Position numbers and translations under genes: made by a program | Notes under the pieces: model-generated | The model's database searches: none | What the model was told of the DNA's origin: nothing | Seen by the model: the letters and a program-made list of their open reading frames with translations, nothing else | Shown here: piece after piece, positions 18,018 through 27,531 of the stretch | Position numbering within the stretch: the first letter of the stretch is position 1 | Layout of the letters: each line of letters opens with the position of its first letter | Assembly (NCBI GenBank): GCA_049519355.1 | Contig: JBEKQV010000001.1 | Coordinates: forward strand, 150,408-214,407 | DNA from: Candidatus Microgenomates bacterium | GTDB taxonomy: Bacteria > Patescibacteriota > Microgenomatia > UBA8517 | Reading direction: 5' to 3' | Length of the DNA stretch: 64,000 nt

Positions 18018-18763
18018 CGCGTTAGGACCTTGGGTCCATTATCAGTTACCGCAACAGTATCCTCAAAAAGTCCTGATATTTTACCATCACGCATGGCGAT
18101 TGTCCACCCGTCCTCCAATTGCTCGACTTTGTCGCTCTCCATGGCATACATTACCTCAATAGCCAGTACCATATTCTTTTTAATTAGAGGACTGTCCTCG
18201 ATCCTCCCAGGCACAAAACAGGGTATTTGGGGATCTTCATGAAGCTCCCTACCAACCCCATGCCCAACCAAGGCTTTAATGGTTGTGTAGCCCGCCCCTT
18301 CAATAGAATCTTCTATTGCCTTGGAAATATCAAAAATGTGATTCCCCGCCCGAGCTTGTTTTATAGCTTTATCCAATGTTTCGCGGCCGGTATTCAGGAA
18401 TCTCCTGTTTTCGGGGCTTAAATCAATTCCGACTGAAATCGAAGTATCGGAATGGAAACCTTTGAAATAGACTCCCACGTCAATTTTTACGATATCGCCC
18501 TCTTTGAAAATCAGGCTTGAAACAGGAATCCCGTGAACCAATCCGTCATTTACATTAATACAGGTTGCCCAGTGATATCCCGGAACTTTATTGAACGAAA
18601 TTTCGGCTCCTTCTTCTTTTATAAGCTTCACTGCAAGTGCCTCAATGTCAGCTGCCGTCACGCCTTCCTTGACCGCAGCCGCCAGAGCGTTTTTAACTCT
18701 GCCAAGCTTTGCCCCACCCTCGGCCATTATTTTAATTTCGGAGTCACTTTTAATGGAGATCAT
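18014..18763 (-). CDS. map: Methionine aminopeptidase type I
   Basis: 249 aa with the metal-binding motif context (VGHGVGRELHEDPQIP). Confidence 0.95.
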   Translation of the reverse strand: MISIKSDSEIKIMAEGGAKLGRVKNALAAAVKEGVTAADIEALAVKLIKEEGAEISFNKVPGYHWATCINVNDGLVHGIPVSSLIFKEGDIVKIDVGVYFKGFHSDTSISVGIDLSPENRRFLNTGRETLDKAIKQARAGNHIFDISKAIEDSIEGAGYTTIKALVGHGVGRELHEDPQIPCFVPGRIEDSPLIKKNMVLAIEVMYAMESDKVEQLEDGWTIAMRDGKISGLFEDTVAVTDNGPKVLTR

Positions 18764-19392
18764 TTATTTATCCTTTCCCCGATGAGCTTAACCAAATCTT
18801 GGGAGATTGCATCAACCGGCTGCTCACCGTCAACATCAATAACCTCAGTTTCTCTTCTCAGTAGTTCAATAAGGGGTTCCACTTGCCCTCTAAACCAAGC
18901 CAAACGCTTTTTAATAGATTCAGGTTTGTCGTCCTCTCTTTGAACAAGGGTTTTAGGATCAATATCGGCAGGGGGTTTATCGGTAATAAGATTGTAAATT
19001 TTCCCCGTGGCCGGATCCATGCGTCTGGCCGAAAGTCTTTCAATCGTAACTTTCTCGCTGACAGTCAAAACGATCACCAAATTGATTTTTACATGCCTAT
19101 CTTTCAACCAACTTCTAAAAAATTCATACTGGGAAACAGTCCTGGGAAAACCGTCGAAAAGAATATTATCATAAAGATTTTGTTCATCGAGATAGGCAGC
19201 CAAGTACGAGGTAAATTCCTTATCCGGAACTATTTTGCCAGAATCCAAAGTTTTTTTCAGGTCGGGGTGGGTTTCAGCCATTCGCCTCAAATACGCGCCT
19301 GATTCAAAATAAAAAAGATCGAACTTCTCTATCAAAATCCTAGCCTGAGTGCCTTTTCCTGAACCTGAAGGGCCAATTAAAAGAATATTCAT
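18760..19392 (-). CDS. adk: Adenylate kinase (short LID type)
   Basis: P-loop GPSGSGKGTQ and the conserved NMP/LID regions. Confidence 0.95.
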   Translation of the reverse strand: MNILLIGPSGSGKGTQARILIEKFDLFYFESGAYLRRMAETHPDLKKTLDSGKIVPDKEFTSYLAAYLDEQNLYDNILFDGFPRTVSQYEFFRSWLKDRHVKINLVIVLTVSEKVTIERLSARRMDPATGKIYNLITDKPPADIDPKTLVQREDDKPESIKKRLAWFRGQVEPLIELLRRETEVIDVDGEQPVDAISQDLVKLIGERINK

Positions 19393-20684
19393 TATATAAA
19401 CCCTTCGTACCTTTCCATGATAAGTTCCCCTTCCATCTCACGAATAAGTTCCAGTGCCACCGAAACAACAATCAAAACGCTCGTGCCCCCGATGGCCAAG
19501 TTAGTTGCCCCAACAAAATTTTTGAAAAGTGAAGGAAGAACAGCAACGGCGCCAAGAAACGCACCTCCCACCAAAGTTAATCTGGAAAGAACATGACCAA
19601 GATATTTTTCTGTTTCTTTTCCGGGACGAATTCCAGGGATAAATCCGCCGCCTTTTTGTAAATCCTCCGAAATTTTCTCGGGATTAAATACAACAGCTGT
19701 GTAAAAATATGTGAATCCAAAAACCAGGAAGAAATAAGTAATATTATAAATTGCGCCTTGCGGATTAAATGAAGAGCTTATACTCCGCGCAATATTTGCA
19801 ACAGCCGGATTACTCACACCCGACAGAAACTGCCCGACCAGGGATGGTAATAGGACCAAAGATACGGCAAAAATGATAGGTATGACTCCCGCCTGATTAA
19901 GCCGTAACGGCAAGTACGAAGTCATTGCAAGGCCGCTCTCGGTCCGTCTTTTGGCATAATGGATTGGGATTTGACGTGCAGCTTCGCTGATAAAAATAAC
20001 CAAGCCGACAATCACTGCCGCAATAATTAAAAATAGAGCTACCTTAAGAATATCTTGTGATTGAAGAACACTTAAAGATTGACCAAAGGTAACAGGAAGG
20101 CGGGCAACGATTCCCGTAAAAATAAGGAGCGAAACTCCGTTCTTAAATCCATATTCAGTAATAAGTTCCCCGAGCCAAACGGCAAAAATTGTTCCGGCTG
20201 CCATGGTAATTACAAGAGTAAGAAGTGCAATTGGAGTTAAGTTAGGAATAACTTTCTGACTCCGAAGAAGCGCATACATCCCGAATCCCTGAAGAGCCGC
20301 CAAAGGAACAGTCAAAAGCCGGGTATATTGATTTATTTTTTCCTGTCCGAATTCCCCTTCTTTCTGTAATTCTTCAATCGACGGAATAACGTAACCTAAA
20401 AGTTGGAAAATAATTGAGGCATTGATATAAGGGTTTAGGCCCAATGCCAAAATTGAAAAGTTTGCCAGAGTTCCACCGGAAAAAACATCCAAAAGAGAAA
20501 GGAGCGGGCTCCCTGCGAAAAGTGCGGCCAGCGTGGTTCTATCAATCCCCGCCGCAGGAATATGTCCGGCAAGTCTAAAAACAACAAGTATTAAAGCCGT
20601 AATAAGTAGCTTCTTCCTTATAGAAGGAGTTTTAACCGCTTTCGAAAAAAATTGGCCAACAGATTTAAGCATTTGTACGGACAA
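19392..20684 (-). CDS. secY: Preprotein translocase subunit SecY
   Basis: 430 aa with 10 TM segments and conserved SecY blocks. Start is either TTG at 20684 or ATG at 20669 (MLKSVGQ). Confidence 0.95.
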   Translation of the reverse strand: MSVQMLKSVGQFFSKAVKTPSIRKKLLITALILVVFRLAGHIPAAGIDRTTLAALFAGSPLLSLLDVFSGGTLANFSILALGLNPYINASIIFQLLGYVIPSIEELQKEGEFGQEKINQYTRLLTVPLAALQGFGMYALLRSQKVIPNLTPIALLTLVITMAAGTIFAVWLGELITEYGFKNGVSLLIFTGIVARLPVTFGQSLSVLQSQDILKVALFLIIAAVIVGLVIFISEAARQIPIHYAKRRTESGLAMTSYLPLRLNQAGVIPIIFAVSLVLLPSLVGQFLSGVSNPAVANIARSISSSFNPQGAIYNITYFFLVFGFTYFYTAVVFNPEKISEDLQKGGGFIPGIRPGKETEKYLGHVLSRLTLVGGAFLGAVAVLPSLFKNFVGATNLAIGGTSVLIVVSVALELIREMEGELIMERYEGFI

Positions 20685-20740
20685 TTATACCGTAACTCCG
20701 ATTCCAAAGACAGAGTTTTTTCGGATAAAATCCTATAATC

Positions 20741-20769
20741 TTGACGAAGTTATCTCTCTGTGGTAATAT
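20741..20769 (+). promoter_or_regulatory. Candidate sigma-70 promoter TTGACG-17-TAATAT on the plus strand
   Basis: TTGACGaagttatctctctgtggTAATAT; the only transcript it would drive ends at the hairpin 20792..20822. Confidence 0.35.
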
Positions 20770-20791
20770 TACGAGGCTAAATAATCAAGTT

Positions 20792-20822
20792 CAGGCTGGT
20801 TTGCAGCCTGATTTTTGTTTTT
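20792..20822 (+). terminator. Rho-independent terminator (CAGGCTG-gtttg-CAGCCTG + TTTTTGTTTTT)
   Basis: Perfect 7-bp stem with a 5-nt loop and a T-run on the plus strand. No plus-strand gene lies upstream. Confidence 0.5.
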
Positions 20823-20968
20823 AGCACTCATTATCATTTGCACTTTCAAATATTTGCGGAGGCTATCCCTAAAGTTGGTGGGTTGCGCCTTGGGTTTCAG
20901 ATAATCTGGCATCCAAAGAGCAACACACCATATCCGGGAAGTTTCATAAACACAAAAAAGGAGAATGT

Positions 20969-21466
20969 ATGTACGATCTATTTCAATCGGTTGGAAAGAC
21001 CTTTAAGCACAGCTTTCTTCTCAGGGCCACTTTCGAGAACGGAAAATGTGGAAAGATCGAAATCGCATTGGTTCACGAGATGGAAGTCGAAACTAAGGGA
21101 TCAGGAATCAGGTACTTCGTAAGAGATAACTACGAAGTATGGCGCGGAATCCAGGAACCGGAAGATTGTAACGAGAAGGAATTGGATCCCTGCGAACGCC
21201 ACGCCGACACGGCCTGCTTACCCCATACAATGGAAGAAATGGATGTTCTCAACACTTCCAACAGGAGCCGTTTTCTCTCCCTGGGGTTAACAACAGCTCG
21301 TGAATCCTACTCGGAATATGTGCCGAATAATCCAGACCGCGAGATCGCCGTCATTTTTGAAAACTACTCCGATCTTCTGGGTTACCTTGGTAAGGCTCTT
21401 ACCAAGATCGGCGTACCCCACAAGGATCAAGGAATGATCCTCGAGGATATCAACTCGAAACTCTAG
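20969..21466 (+). CDS. Hypothetical protein, 165 aa, Cys-containing, higher GC than neighbours
   Basis: AAGGAG SD 5 nt upstream of the ATG. The ORF is about 50% GC against a roughly 38% background. Contains GKCG and Cx6Cx7C. Followed by a hairpin and T-run near 21505..21535. Confidence 0.5.
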   Translation: MYDLFQSVGKTFKHSFLLRATFENGKCGKIEIALVHEMEVETKGSGIRYFVRDNYEVWRGIQEPEDCNEKELDPCERHADTACLPHTMEEMDVLNTSNRSRFLSLGLTTARESYSEYVPNNPDREIAVIFENYSDLLGYLGKALTKIGVPHKDQGMILEDINSKL

Positions 21467-21574
21467 GCCAAGGCCCGCCCGCATAAAAATATTTGATCTG
21501 CAAAAAACTCGGAGTGATCCCAAAAAGACCCCCGAGTTTTTTGTTGGCAAAAATCCAAGTGCTACAATGAATTA

Positions 21575-22234
21575 ATGAAATTATTGATTTGCCTCATCGG
21601 CATAACTGTAGTTGCCGCAGTTATTTATTATTTTCTTTCTCAAAAAAAGGTCCGGAACAAAAAATCAAAAAACCAAAGAAGTGCAGTTCTAATTACAGCT
21701 TTAGTTACAGTTATTCTACTGGGAGTCCTCGCTTTGGCGGTTTACAAATCCCAAAACCAGGCGGATCTACAATGTTCAGTCACACATACCACAACCGATT
21801 CTCCACCTGCAAGTTTAAAAACGGCAATGGATTATTTCTTACAAGGTAACTATGACTACGACACAGGAAACTGTGTCAAAGCAATTGCCGACTACACAAC
21901 TTCCATTAGTCTCAATCCCAGAGACGCCGAAGTTTACAATAACCGCGCCTACACATATATGCGTATGAGAGATTTTAAAGATGCACTTCCCGATTTGGAA
22001 AAGGCTCTTGCCATAAATCCGAATTATATTCAGGCACTAATGAATAGAGGCGATATTCACAATTACTATTACGAAATTAATAGATCCAGCGCTATAGCGG
22101 ATTATGAAAAAGTAATTTCTTTAGGAGGAACTCGCGGAACGAGCGTTTGTGGGCACCTTCTTTTAGCCCGTACCAATGGTTGGACCTTAAGCACCATCTT
22201 TGAACTTCCCTTTGTAAACGCCAACTGCCAATAA
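21575..22234 (+). CDS. TPR repeat-containing membrane protein
   Basis: Two N-terminal TM helices followed by TPR-like repeats (AEVYNNRAYTYMRMRDFKDALPDLEKALAINPNYIQALMNRGDIH...). Confidence 0.7.
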   Translation: MKLLICLIGITVVAAVIYYFLSQKKVRNKKSKNQRSAVLITALVTVILLGVLALAVYKSQNQADLQCSVTHTTTDSPPASLKTAMDYFLQGNYDYDTGNCVKAIADYTTSISLNPRDAEVYNNRAYTYMRMRDFKDALPDLEKALAINPNYIQALMNRGDIHNYYYEINRSSAIADYEKVISLGGTRGTSVCGHLLLARTNGWTLSTIFELPFVNANCQ

Positions 22235-22273
22235 GCTTCTGAAAGCACCGGCCTTTTTTGTTAAACTAAAGCC

Positions 22274-23038
22274 GTGGAAAAACAAATAACTTTTGAAAAC
22301 TCAAATGGGATAAAACTAGCCGGGATTTTAAATGAAACCGGAAACCACGAAAACATCTTAATAATGGTCCACGGTTTTAATTCCAACAAAAACTCCAAAA
22401 ACCTGGTACGGCTTTCGGAAATGTTGGATAAAGCAGAAATCAGTTCATTTCGATTTGATATTTACGGCCATGGCAAAAGCGGAGGAAATTTTGAAGATAT
22501 TACAATTTCCGAAACGGTTGGTGATATTCTTCAGGCAATAAAATTTGTAAAAGAGCAGGGATATAAAAACATAGGACTTCTGGGCTCGAGTTTTGGAGGA
22601 ATAGCAAGTATCATGGCAGCTTCAAAAAGCAAGGATGTTTCATTCCTCAGCCTAAAGTCCCCCGTCTCCGATTATTTGAAACTTGAGAAATCAAGATTTA
22701 CCGAAAAAGAATTCGGGGATTGGAAAAGAACCGGCTACAGGAATTACAAAGATGACGGGAAAACTGTAAAACTAAAATATACATTTATCGAAGATTTTAA
22801 AAATAATAACGCATATAGAGCCGCAAAGTTAATTAATATTCCGGTACTTATTGTCCACGGAAGCGCCGACAAAGACGTTCCGCTCTCCCAAAGCAAAAAA
22901 CTTATGAATTTTCTTCCGAACGGAAAACTAATAACAATCGAGGGAGCTGACCATCGTTACACAAACGAAACTCACGCCACCAAAATGTTAAAAATATTTT
23001 ATGATTTTGGGGTCAATAATTTTTCCCATGGCAGATGA
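22274..23038 (+). CDS. Alpha/beta hydrolase fold protein (esterase/peptidase-like)
   Basis: HGFNS oxyanion region, GSSFGG nucleophile elbow (GxSxG), and acid/His residues in HGSADKDVP ... GADHRY. GTG start at 22274. Confidence 0.75.
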   Translation: MEKQITFENSNGIKLAGILNETGNHENILIMVHGFNSNKNSKNLVRLSEMLDKAEISSFRFDIYGHGKSGGNFEDITISETVGDILQAIKFVKEQGYKNIGLLGSSFGGIASIMAASKSKDVSFLSLKSPVSDYLKLEKSRFTEKEFGDWKRTGYRNYKDDGKTVKLKYTFIEDFKNNNAYRAAKLINIPVLIVHGSADKDVPLSQSKKLMNFLPNGKLITIEGADHRYTNETHATKMLKIFYDFGVNNFSHGR

Positions 23039-23540
23039 ACTACTTGATTTAATAAACATTAACGACGAAGTAATCGGAACCGGGTGGAAGAGTGAAATGC
23101 ACCAAAAGGGTTTACTTCATAGAACCGTGATTGCCGAGGTTATCGGAAAAGGAAGAATCTGGACACTTGTTGAACAAGCGCCGGGCAAACAGGATGTCGG
23201 GCAGTTCGTTTCTGCGGTTGGTGGACATGTTAAATCGGGTGAAAGCAACGAAGATGCCTTAAGAAGAGAGGCGGGCGAGGAGTTCGGACTTACAGAAAAG
23301 TTTGATTTCAAATATATCGGCAAAAGAATCTACAACCGCGAGGTTAACGGAAATAAAGAAAACCACCTCTTCATTCTTTATGAAATTTATTCCAATCAGA
23401 TACCAGTACTTGATAGTGAGGCGGTTGGTTACAAAAGATTTGAGGAGAAAGAACTTGTAAGGGCTCTAAAAGAAAATCCAGCCGCGTTTGGTGCCCCATT
23501 CCACTTCATCATCAGGGAGTTTTATCCAAATTTAATTTAA
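23028..23540 (+). CDS. NUDIX hydrolase
   Basis: Nudix box GGHVKSGESNEDALRREAGEEFGL (Gx5Ex7REuxEExGu). ATG at 23028 is preferred; an ATG at 23001 is also possible and overlaps the previous gene. Confidence 0.8.
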   Translation: MADELLDLININDEVIGTGWKSEMHQKGLLHRTVIAEVIGKGRIWTLVEQAPGKQDVGQFVSAVGGHVKSGESNEDALRREAGEEFGLTEKFDFKYIGKRIYNREVNGNKENHLFILYEIYSNQIPVLDSEAVGYKRFEEKELVRALKENPAAFGAPFHFIIREFYPNLI

Positions 23541-23592
23541 ATTGCTGTTGTAAAGTCTCTGAAAAGATCCATTTGCGTGGTAAAATTGCCAT

Positions 23593-24519
23593 ATGATCGT
23601 TGTAGCTAGTTACAATAGTCCGGATATTGACGGTATCGCCTGCTCAATTGCCTACGCAGAACTTCTAAATAAACTCAAAGAGAAGGCGGAAGCGACATAT
23701 TTTGGGATGTTGGGTTTGGAAGATGAGTTCGTTAAAAAATATACAAATTATTTTCCTATTAAAAAACATGAAGGAAAATATGAAGCCAATACTCAATTTG
23801 TCATTGTCGATACTACTGATCCTAATGGAATAGAACCTTCAATTCCACCCGAGAACATAATAGAAATTTTTGATCACCGGCAACAAGTTTTTCTTGAGAA
23901 ATATATAAATGCCAAAGCAAAAATCGAACTCGTCGGGTCATGTGCAACTTTGATCACCGAAGAATTCAAAAAGAATAAGGTTGAGCCTTCTGAAAATGCC
24001 GCAATTTATTTGTATTCCGCGATTATTTCCAATACCGTAAATTTCAAAAATTTGGTTACGACACAGCGTGACAAAGATGCCGTCAACTGGCTTAAAAACT
24101 TTATGTCCTTGCCAGATGATTATGTAAAGACAATGTTTAATTCAAAATCAAATGTTACTTCAGGTAATTTATATGAAGTTATTGACCAAGATTTTGCGAT
24201 TAAAAATTATGGTAATAAATCGGTCGGGATAGCACAAATAGAAATAACAGATCTTGAAGCAAGAATTGCAAAATGGGGTGAAAAGTTACCGGAAGTACTT
24301 AACCGGCTTAAAAAAGAAAATCATTTGGATTACATTTTCTTCACGGGAATAGATATTTTTGAAGGATTTAATATTTTCTACATGATTGACGAAGAATCAA
24401 GAAAGTTATTCACAAAGGCTCTTGAAATTCCAGATTTAAAATCAGGATACAAAACCAAAGAAATCATCATGCGGAAGCAGATAGGCCCAAAACTAGAGAA
24501 ACTGGCGGGAAGTTTCTGA
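23593..24519 (+). CDS. DHH-DHHA2 phosphoesterase (family II inorganic pyrophosphatase-like), variant motifs
   Basis: N-terminal NSPDIDGIACSIAYAEL resembles PpaC HQNPDTDTICSAIAYA. Motif III reads DHR (IFDHRQ) instead of DHH. A C-terminal RKQ matches the DHHA2 substrate-binding SRKKQ. Confidence 0.65.
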   Translation: MIVVASYNSPDIDGIACSIAYAELLNKLKEKAEATYFGMLGLEDEFVKKYTNYFPIKKHEGKYEANTQFVIVDTTDPNGIEPSIPPENIIEIFDHRQQVFLEKYINAKAKIELVGSCATLITEEFKKNKVEPSENAAIYLYSAIISNTVNFKNLVTTQRDKDAVNWLKNFMSLPDDYVKTMFNSKSNVTSGNLYEVIDQDFAIKNYGNKSVGIAQIEITDLEARIAKWGEKLPEVLNRLKKENHLDYIFFTGIDIFEGFNIFYMIDEESRKLFTKALEIPDLKSGYKTKEIIMRKQIGPKLEKLAGSF

Positions 24520-24523
24520 AAAG

Positions 24524-24955
24524 TTATTTTGAAGATTTCTCGAGAGCTTTGACTTGTGACTTTTTGGGGGTTCCGACTTTAAATGTAAATTTCTTTTCAT
24601 TCTTGCCGATTCCGATTATTTTAACTCCATGAACTTTGGCCAGCTTTGCTTTCAAAAATCCCTTTTTGACCAAAAGCTCAACCGTAATTCCACTTCCAAC
24701 CGGTAAAACCTCGATTTTTGAATAACTTATGGCAATGGGTTTTATATTTTCATGGAATTTTCCTTTTCCGCGCATTTTGGGAAGTCTTTTCAAAAGAGAT
24801 TTTTTCATCTTCATTCCTTCAAAAAGAACGTTTACACTTCCCCTGCTTTTTTGTCCTTTTTGCCCACGTCCGGAGGTGTGGCTCCCTTTGCCGCTTCCCA
24901 TACCGCGTCCCACTCTCTTTTTTGATCTTTGAACAACTTTAGGTAATCTTGTCAT
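24524..24955 (-). CDS. rplO: 50S ribosomal protein L15
   Basis: Gly/Arg-rich N-terminus [26 protein letters not shown]. Confidence 0.95.
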   Translation of the reverse strand: MTRLPKVVQRSKKRVGRGMGSGKGSHTSGRGQKGQKSRGSVNVLFEGMKMKKSLLKRLPKMRGKGKFHENIKPIAISYSKIEVLPVGSGITVELLVKKGFLKAKLAKVHGVKIIGIGKNEKKFTFKVGTPKKSQVKALEKSSK

Positions 24956-24978
24956 ATTTTGTCTGAAATAAGCTTCGC

Positions 24979-25473
24979 TTATTTTCTCTTCATCTCAACT
25001 ATTTCGGAAATTTTCTCCAGAGCTTTTAATGTTGCGTAAACATTTGAAATCTTATTTTTTGTTCCGAGAATTTTTCCTACAGCGTCTCTAATTCCGGCCG
25101 CCTCAAGAACAACTCTCATTGGCCCCCCCGCAATAATTCCGGATCCGGGAGGAGCGGGTTTAAGTAAAACCTTCGCCGCCGAAAACTTCTCGTGTACTGA
25201 GTAAGGAACGGTTGTTCCGGCCAAAGGAATTACCGTCAATTTTCTTTTGGCTGCATCAATTGCTTTTCTGATGGCGTTTCTGACATCTGTCGCCTTAGCA
25301 AGTCCTATTCCGACTTTTCCTTTTCTATCGCCCACAACCACAAGAGCCGAAAATCTGATTTGGTTTCCGCCTTTGGTCTTTTTACTGATTCTGTTGATTT
25401 GGACCACTGTTTCCTCAAACTCTTTGGGCGGTCCTTCATAGTTATTTGTGCTTCTATTTCTCGTAAATCCCAT
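24979..25473 (-). CDS. rpsE: 30S ribosomal protein S5
   Basis: dsRBD plus S5 C-terminal domain (...[22 protein letters not shown]...). Confidence 0.95.
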   Translation of the reverse strand: MGFTRNRSTNNYEGPPKEFEETVVQINRISKKTKGGNQIRFSALVVVGDRKGKVGIGLAKATDVRNAIRKAIDAAKRKLTVIPLAGTTVPYSVHEKFSAAKVLLKPAPPGSGIIAGGPMRVVLEAAGIRDAVGKILGTKNKISNVYATLKALEKISEIVEMKRK

Positions 25474-25485
25474 ATTAATATTGGT

Positions 25486-25842
25486 TTAGAAAACCAATCC
25501 TCCACTTCTAGCCCCTTCCGCAACTGCCTTAACTCTTCCATGAAATCTGAATCCGTTTCTGTCAAAAGTCACTGTTTTTATTTTCTTGGCCAATGCTTTC
25601 TTGGCAATTTCCTCACCAACCATTTGGGCCATTTGGGTCTTAGTCATTTTCTCTTTCTTAATTTTTGCATCGGAAAAACCAACAAGTGTTACACCTTTTT
25701 CATCATTAATAATCTGGGCATAAATATGCGTATTTGAACGAAAAACAGAGAGCCTTGGGCGTTTTTCAGTTCCCACCACTCTCGCCCTAACTCTATTTTT
25801 CCTTTGCAAATATCTTTTTGCCTTTAATTCTCTTCTCTTCAT
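25486..25842 (-). CDS. rplR: 50S ribosomal protein L18
   Basis: RPRLSVFRSNTHIYAQIIND... L18 core. Confidence 0.95.
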   Translation of the reverse strand: MKRRELKAKRYLQRKNRVRARVVGTEKRPRLSVFRSNTHIYAQIINDEKGVTLVGFSDAKIKKEKMTKTQMAQMVGEEIAKKALAKKIKTVTFDRNGFRFHGRVKAVAEGARSGGLVF

Positions 25843-25849
25843 ATATTTT

Positions 25850-26407
25850 TTAAGCTCCTACCGGACCGGCTTTTGTTGCGGCAGCTTTACCGGCCTTCCT
25901 TCTTATAACCTCATCAACATACTTTATTCCCTTTCCTTTATACGGTTCCGGAGGTTTTACACCCCTGATATTGGCGGAGACTTGTCCCACCAATTCCCTA
26001 TCAATTCCTTCAACCGTGACAATCGTCTTTTCAACCTTAAAACCAATTCCCTTCGGCGCCTCGACCTCAACCGGATGGGAAAACCCTACGGTCAAAGAAA
26101 GTGTGGTTCCGGCAACTTCGGCTTTAAATCCAGTTCCCACAAGTTCCAATTTTTTACTCCAACCCTCTGTTACTCCTTTAACATCGTTATTAATTAATGC
26201 GCGAATTGTGCCGAAAAGTGACATTATATACTTCCCGCTGCCCTTGGCGGATACCTGAACTTTTCCGTCTTTAACTTCGACATTAATCTCGGGCGGAAAA
26301 TGCCTTTCCATTACTCCCTTAGGCCCTGTAACTTTTACGTTATGACCACTTACTTCTACTGTTACTCCTGACGGAATTATTACTGGTTGTTTTCCAATCT
26401 TTGACAT
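25850..26407 (-). CDS. rplF: 50S ribosomal protein L6
   Basis: MSKIGKQPVIIPSGVTVEVSGHNVKVTGPKG. Confidence 0.95.
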   Translation of the reverse strand: MSKIGKQPVIIPSGVTVEVSGHNVKVTGPKGVMERHFPPEINVEVKDGKVQVSAKGSGKYIMSLFGTIRALINNDVKGVTEGWSKKLELVGTGFKAEVAGTTLSLTVGFSHPVEVEAPKGIGFKVEKTIVTVEGIDRELVGQVSANIRGVKPPEPYKGKGIKYVDEVIRRKAGKAAATKAGPVGA

Positions 26408-26414
26408 TTTTGTT

Positions 26415-26798
26415 TTACCAAATTTCAGCTATGACCTCTCCTCCGACTCTTTCTTTAATTGCAAGCCTCGAAGAAATTACTCCTTTGGGCGTCGAAATCA
26501 GGAAGTTGGAGGGACCTTTTTTCTTCTCTATATCGGTAACATTCATATAAATTCTAAGTCCGGGCTTGGAAACAAGTTTCAAATTCATAAGAAGAGGTTT
26601 TTTATCTTTGAATGTTAAAGAAACGGTTAAACTTTCTTTTTCTTTCTTAACACTATCCAAAAATCCCAATTTTTTAAGAGCCTCCGCAACGGCGACTATT
26701 CGTTTATCGGCGGTAAGGGTTACCGTTTTATTTTTCGCCCTGGCTGCATTTTTAATTCTTATCAAAAAGTCTCCTACTGAATAATTTGTGTTTACCAT
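26415..26798 (-). CDS. rpsH: 30S ribosomal protein S8
   Basis: [17 protein letters not shown]... S8 N-terminus. Confidence 0.95.
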   Translation of the reverse strand: MVNTNYSVGDFLIRIKNAARAKNKTVTLTADKRIVAVAEALKKLGFLDSVKKEKESLTVSLTFKDKKPLLMNLKLVSKPGLRIYMNVTDIEKKKGPSNFLISTPKGVISSRLAIKERVGGEVIAEIW

Positions 26799-26977
26799 GA
26801 TGCCTTTCTAACCCCCGGGATTTCTCCCCTTAGGGCATACTCTCTGAAACAAAGTCTACAAATACCAAATCTCCTAAGATATCCACGCGACCTCCCGCAG
26901 ATTTTACATCTGTTGTGATACCTGACTTTGAACTTTAATTTTTTAGTTTCTCTTACTTCTTTCGCAGTTGTACTCAT
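26792..26977 (-). CDS. rpsZ: 30S ribosomal protein S14 type Z (zinc-binding)
   Basis: 61 aa with [23 protein letters not shown] (4 Cys). Confidence 0.95.
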   Translation of the reverse strand: MSTTAKEVRETKKLKFKVRYHNRCKICGRSRGYLRRFGICRLCFREYALRGEIPGVRKASW

Positions 26978-27528
26978 TTTTTAGTTTCCTCCTTAACAAA
27001 CGGGCAACCGAGAAGTTCCAAAAGCCTTTTGGCCTTTTCGGGTGTTCCCGCGGTTGTAACAATAGTTATTTCAAGTCCGTGTGCAGCGGCAGCTTTTGTC
27101 GGATCTATTTCCGGAAAAACCGTATGCTCTTCAAATCCTAAAGTATAGTTGCCCCGGCCATCAAAAGATTTCAAAGGAACTCCGCGAAAATCCCTAAGTC
27201 TGGGCAAAACGATCGAAAAAAGTCTGTCCAGAAAGGCATACATCCGGTCCCCTCTAAGAGTAACACTAAGTCCCACCGGCATTCCCGCCCTTAAGTTAAA
27301 GCTGGCAATTGACACCTTAGCATTTCTAATTGCAGGGGCTTGTCCCGTAATTACGGCCAAATCTTTCTTCAAAGAATCCATTTGCTGTTGGTTTTTAGCC
27401 GCAAGACCTATTCCCATGTTTACAACAACTTTGGTTACTTTTGGAATGGCCAAATTATTCCTAATCTCAAATTCTTTTGAGAGTGTATCTTTTATCTCTT
27501 TTTCAAATTTTTCGTGTAATCTGTTCAT
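26974..27528 (-). CDS. rplE: 50S ribosomal protein L5
   Basis: 184 aa with conserved L5 blocks; lies between rplX and rpsZ. Confidence 0.95.
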   Translation of the reverse strand: MNRLHEKFEKEIKDTLSKEFEIRNNLAIPKVTKVVVNMGIGLAAKNQQQMDSLKKDLAVITGQAPAIRNAKVSIASFNLRAGMPVGLSVTLRGDRMYAFLDRLFSIVLPRLRDFRGVPLKSFDGRGNYTLGFEEHTVFPEIDPTKAAAAHGLEITIVTTAGTPEKAKRLLELLGCPFVKEETKK

Positions 27529-27531
27529 TTT

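Noticed and set aside
20838-21122. 94-aa plus-strand ORF overlapping the start of the 165-aa island gene in another frame
   Set aside because: The 20969 ORF has the SD and a consistent frame. This one is an alternative-frame artefact.
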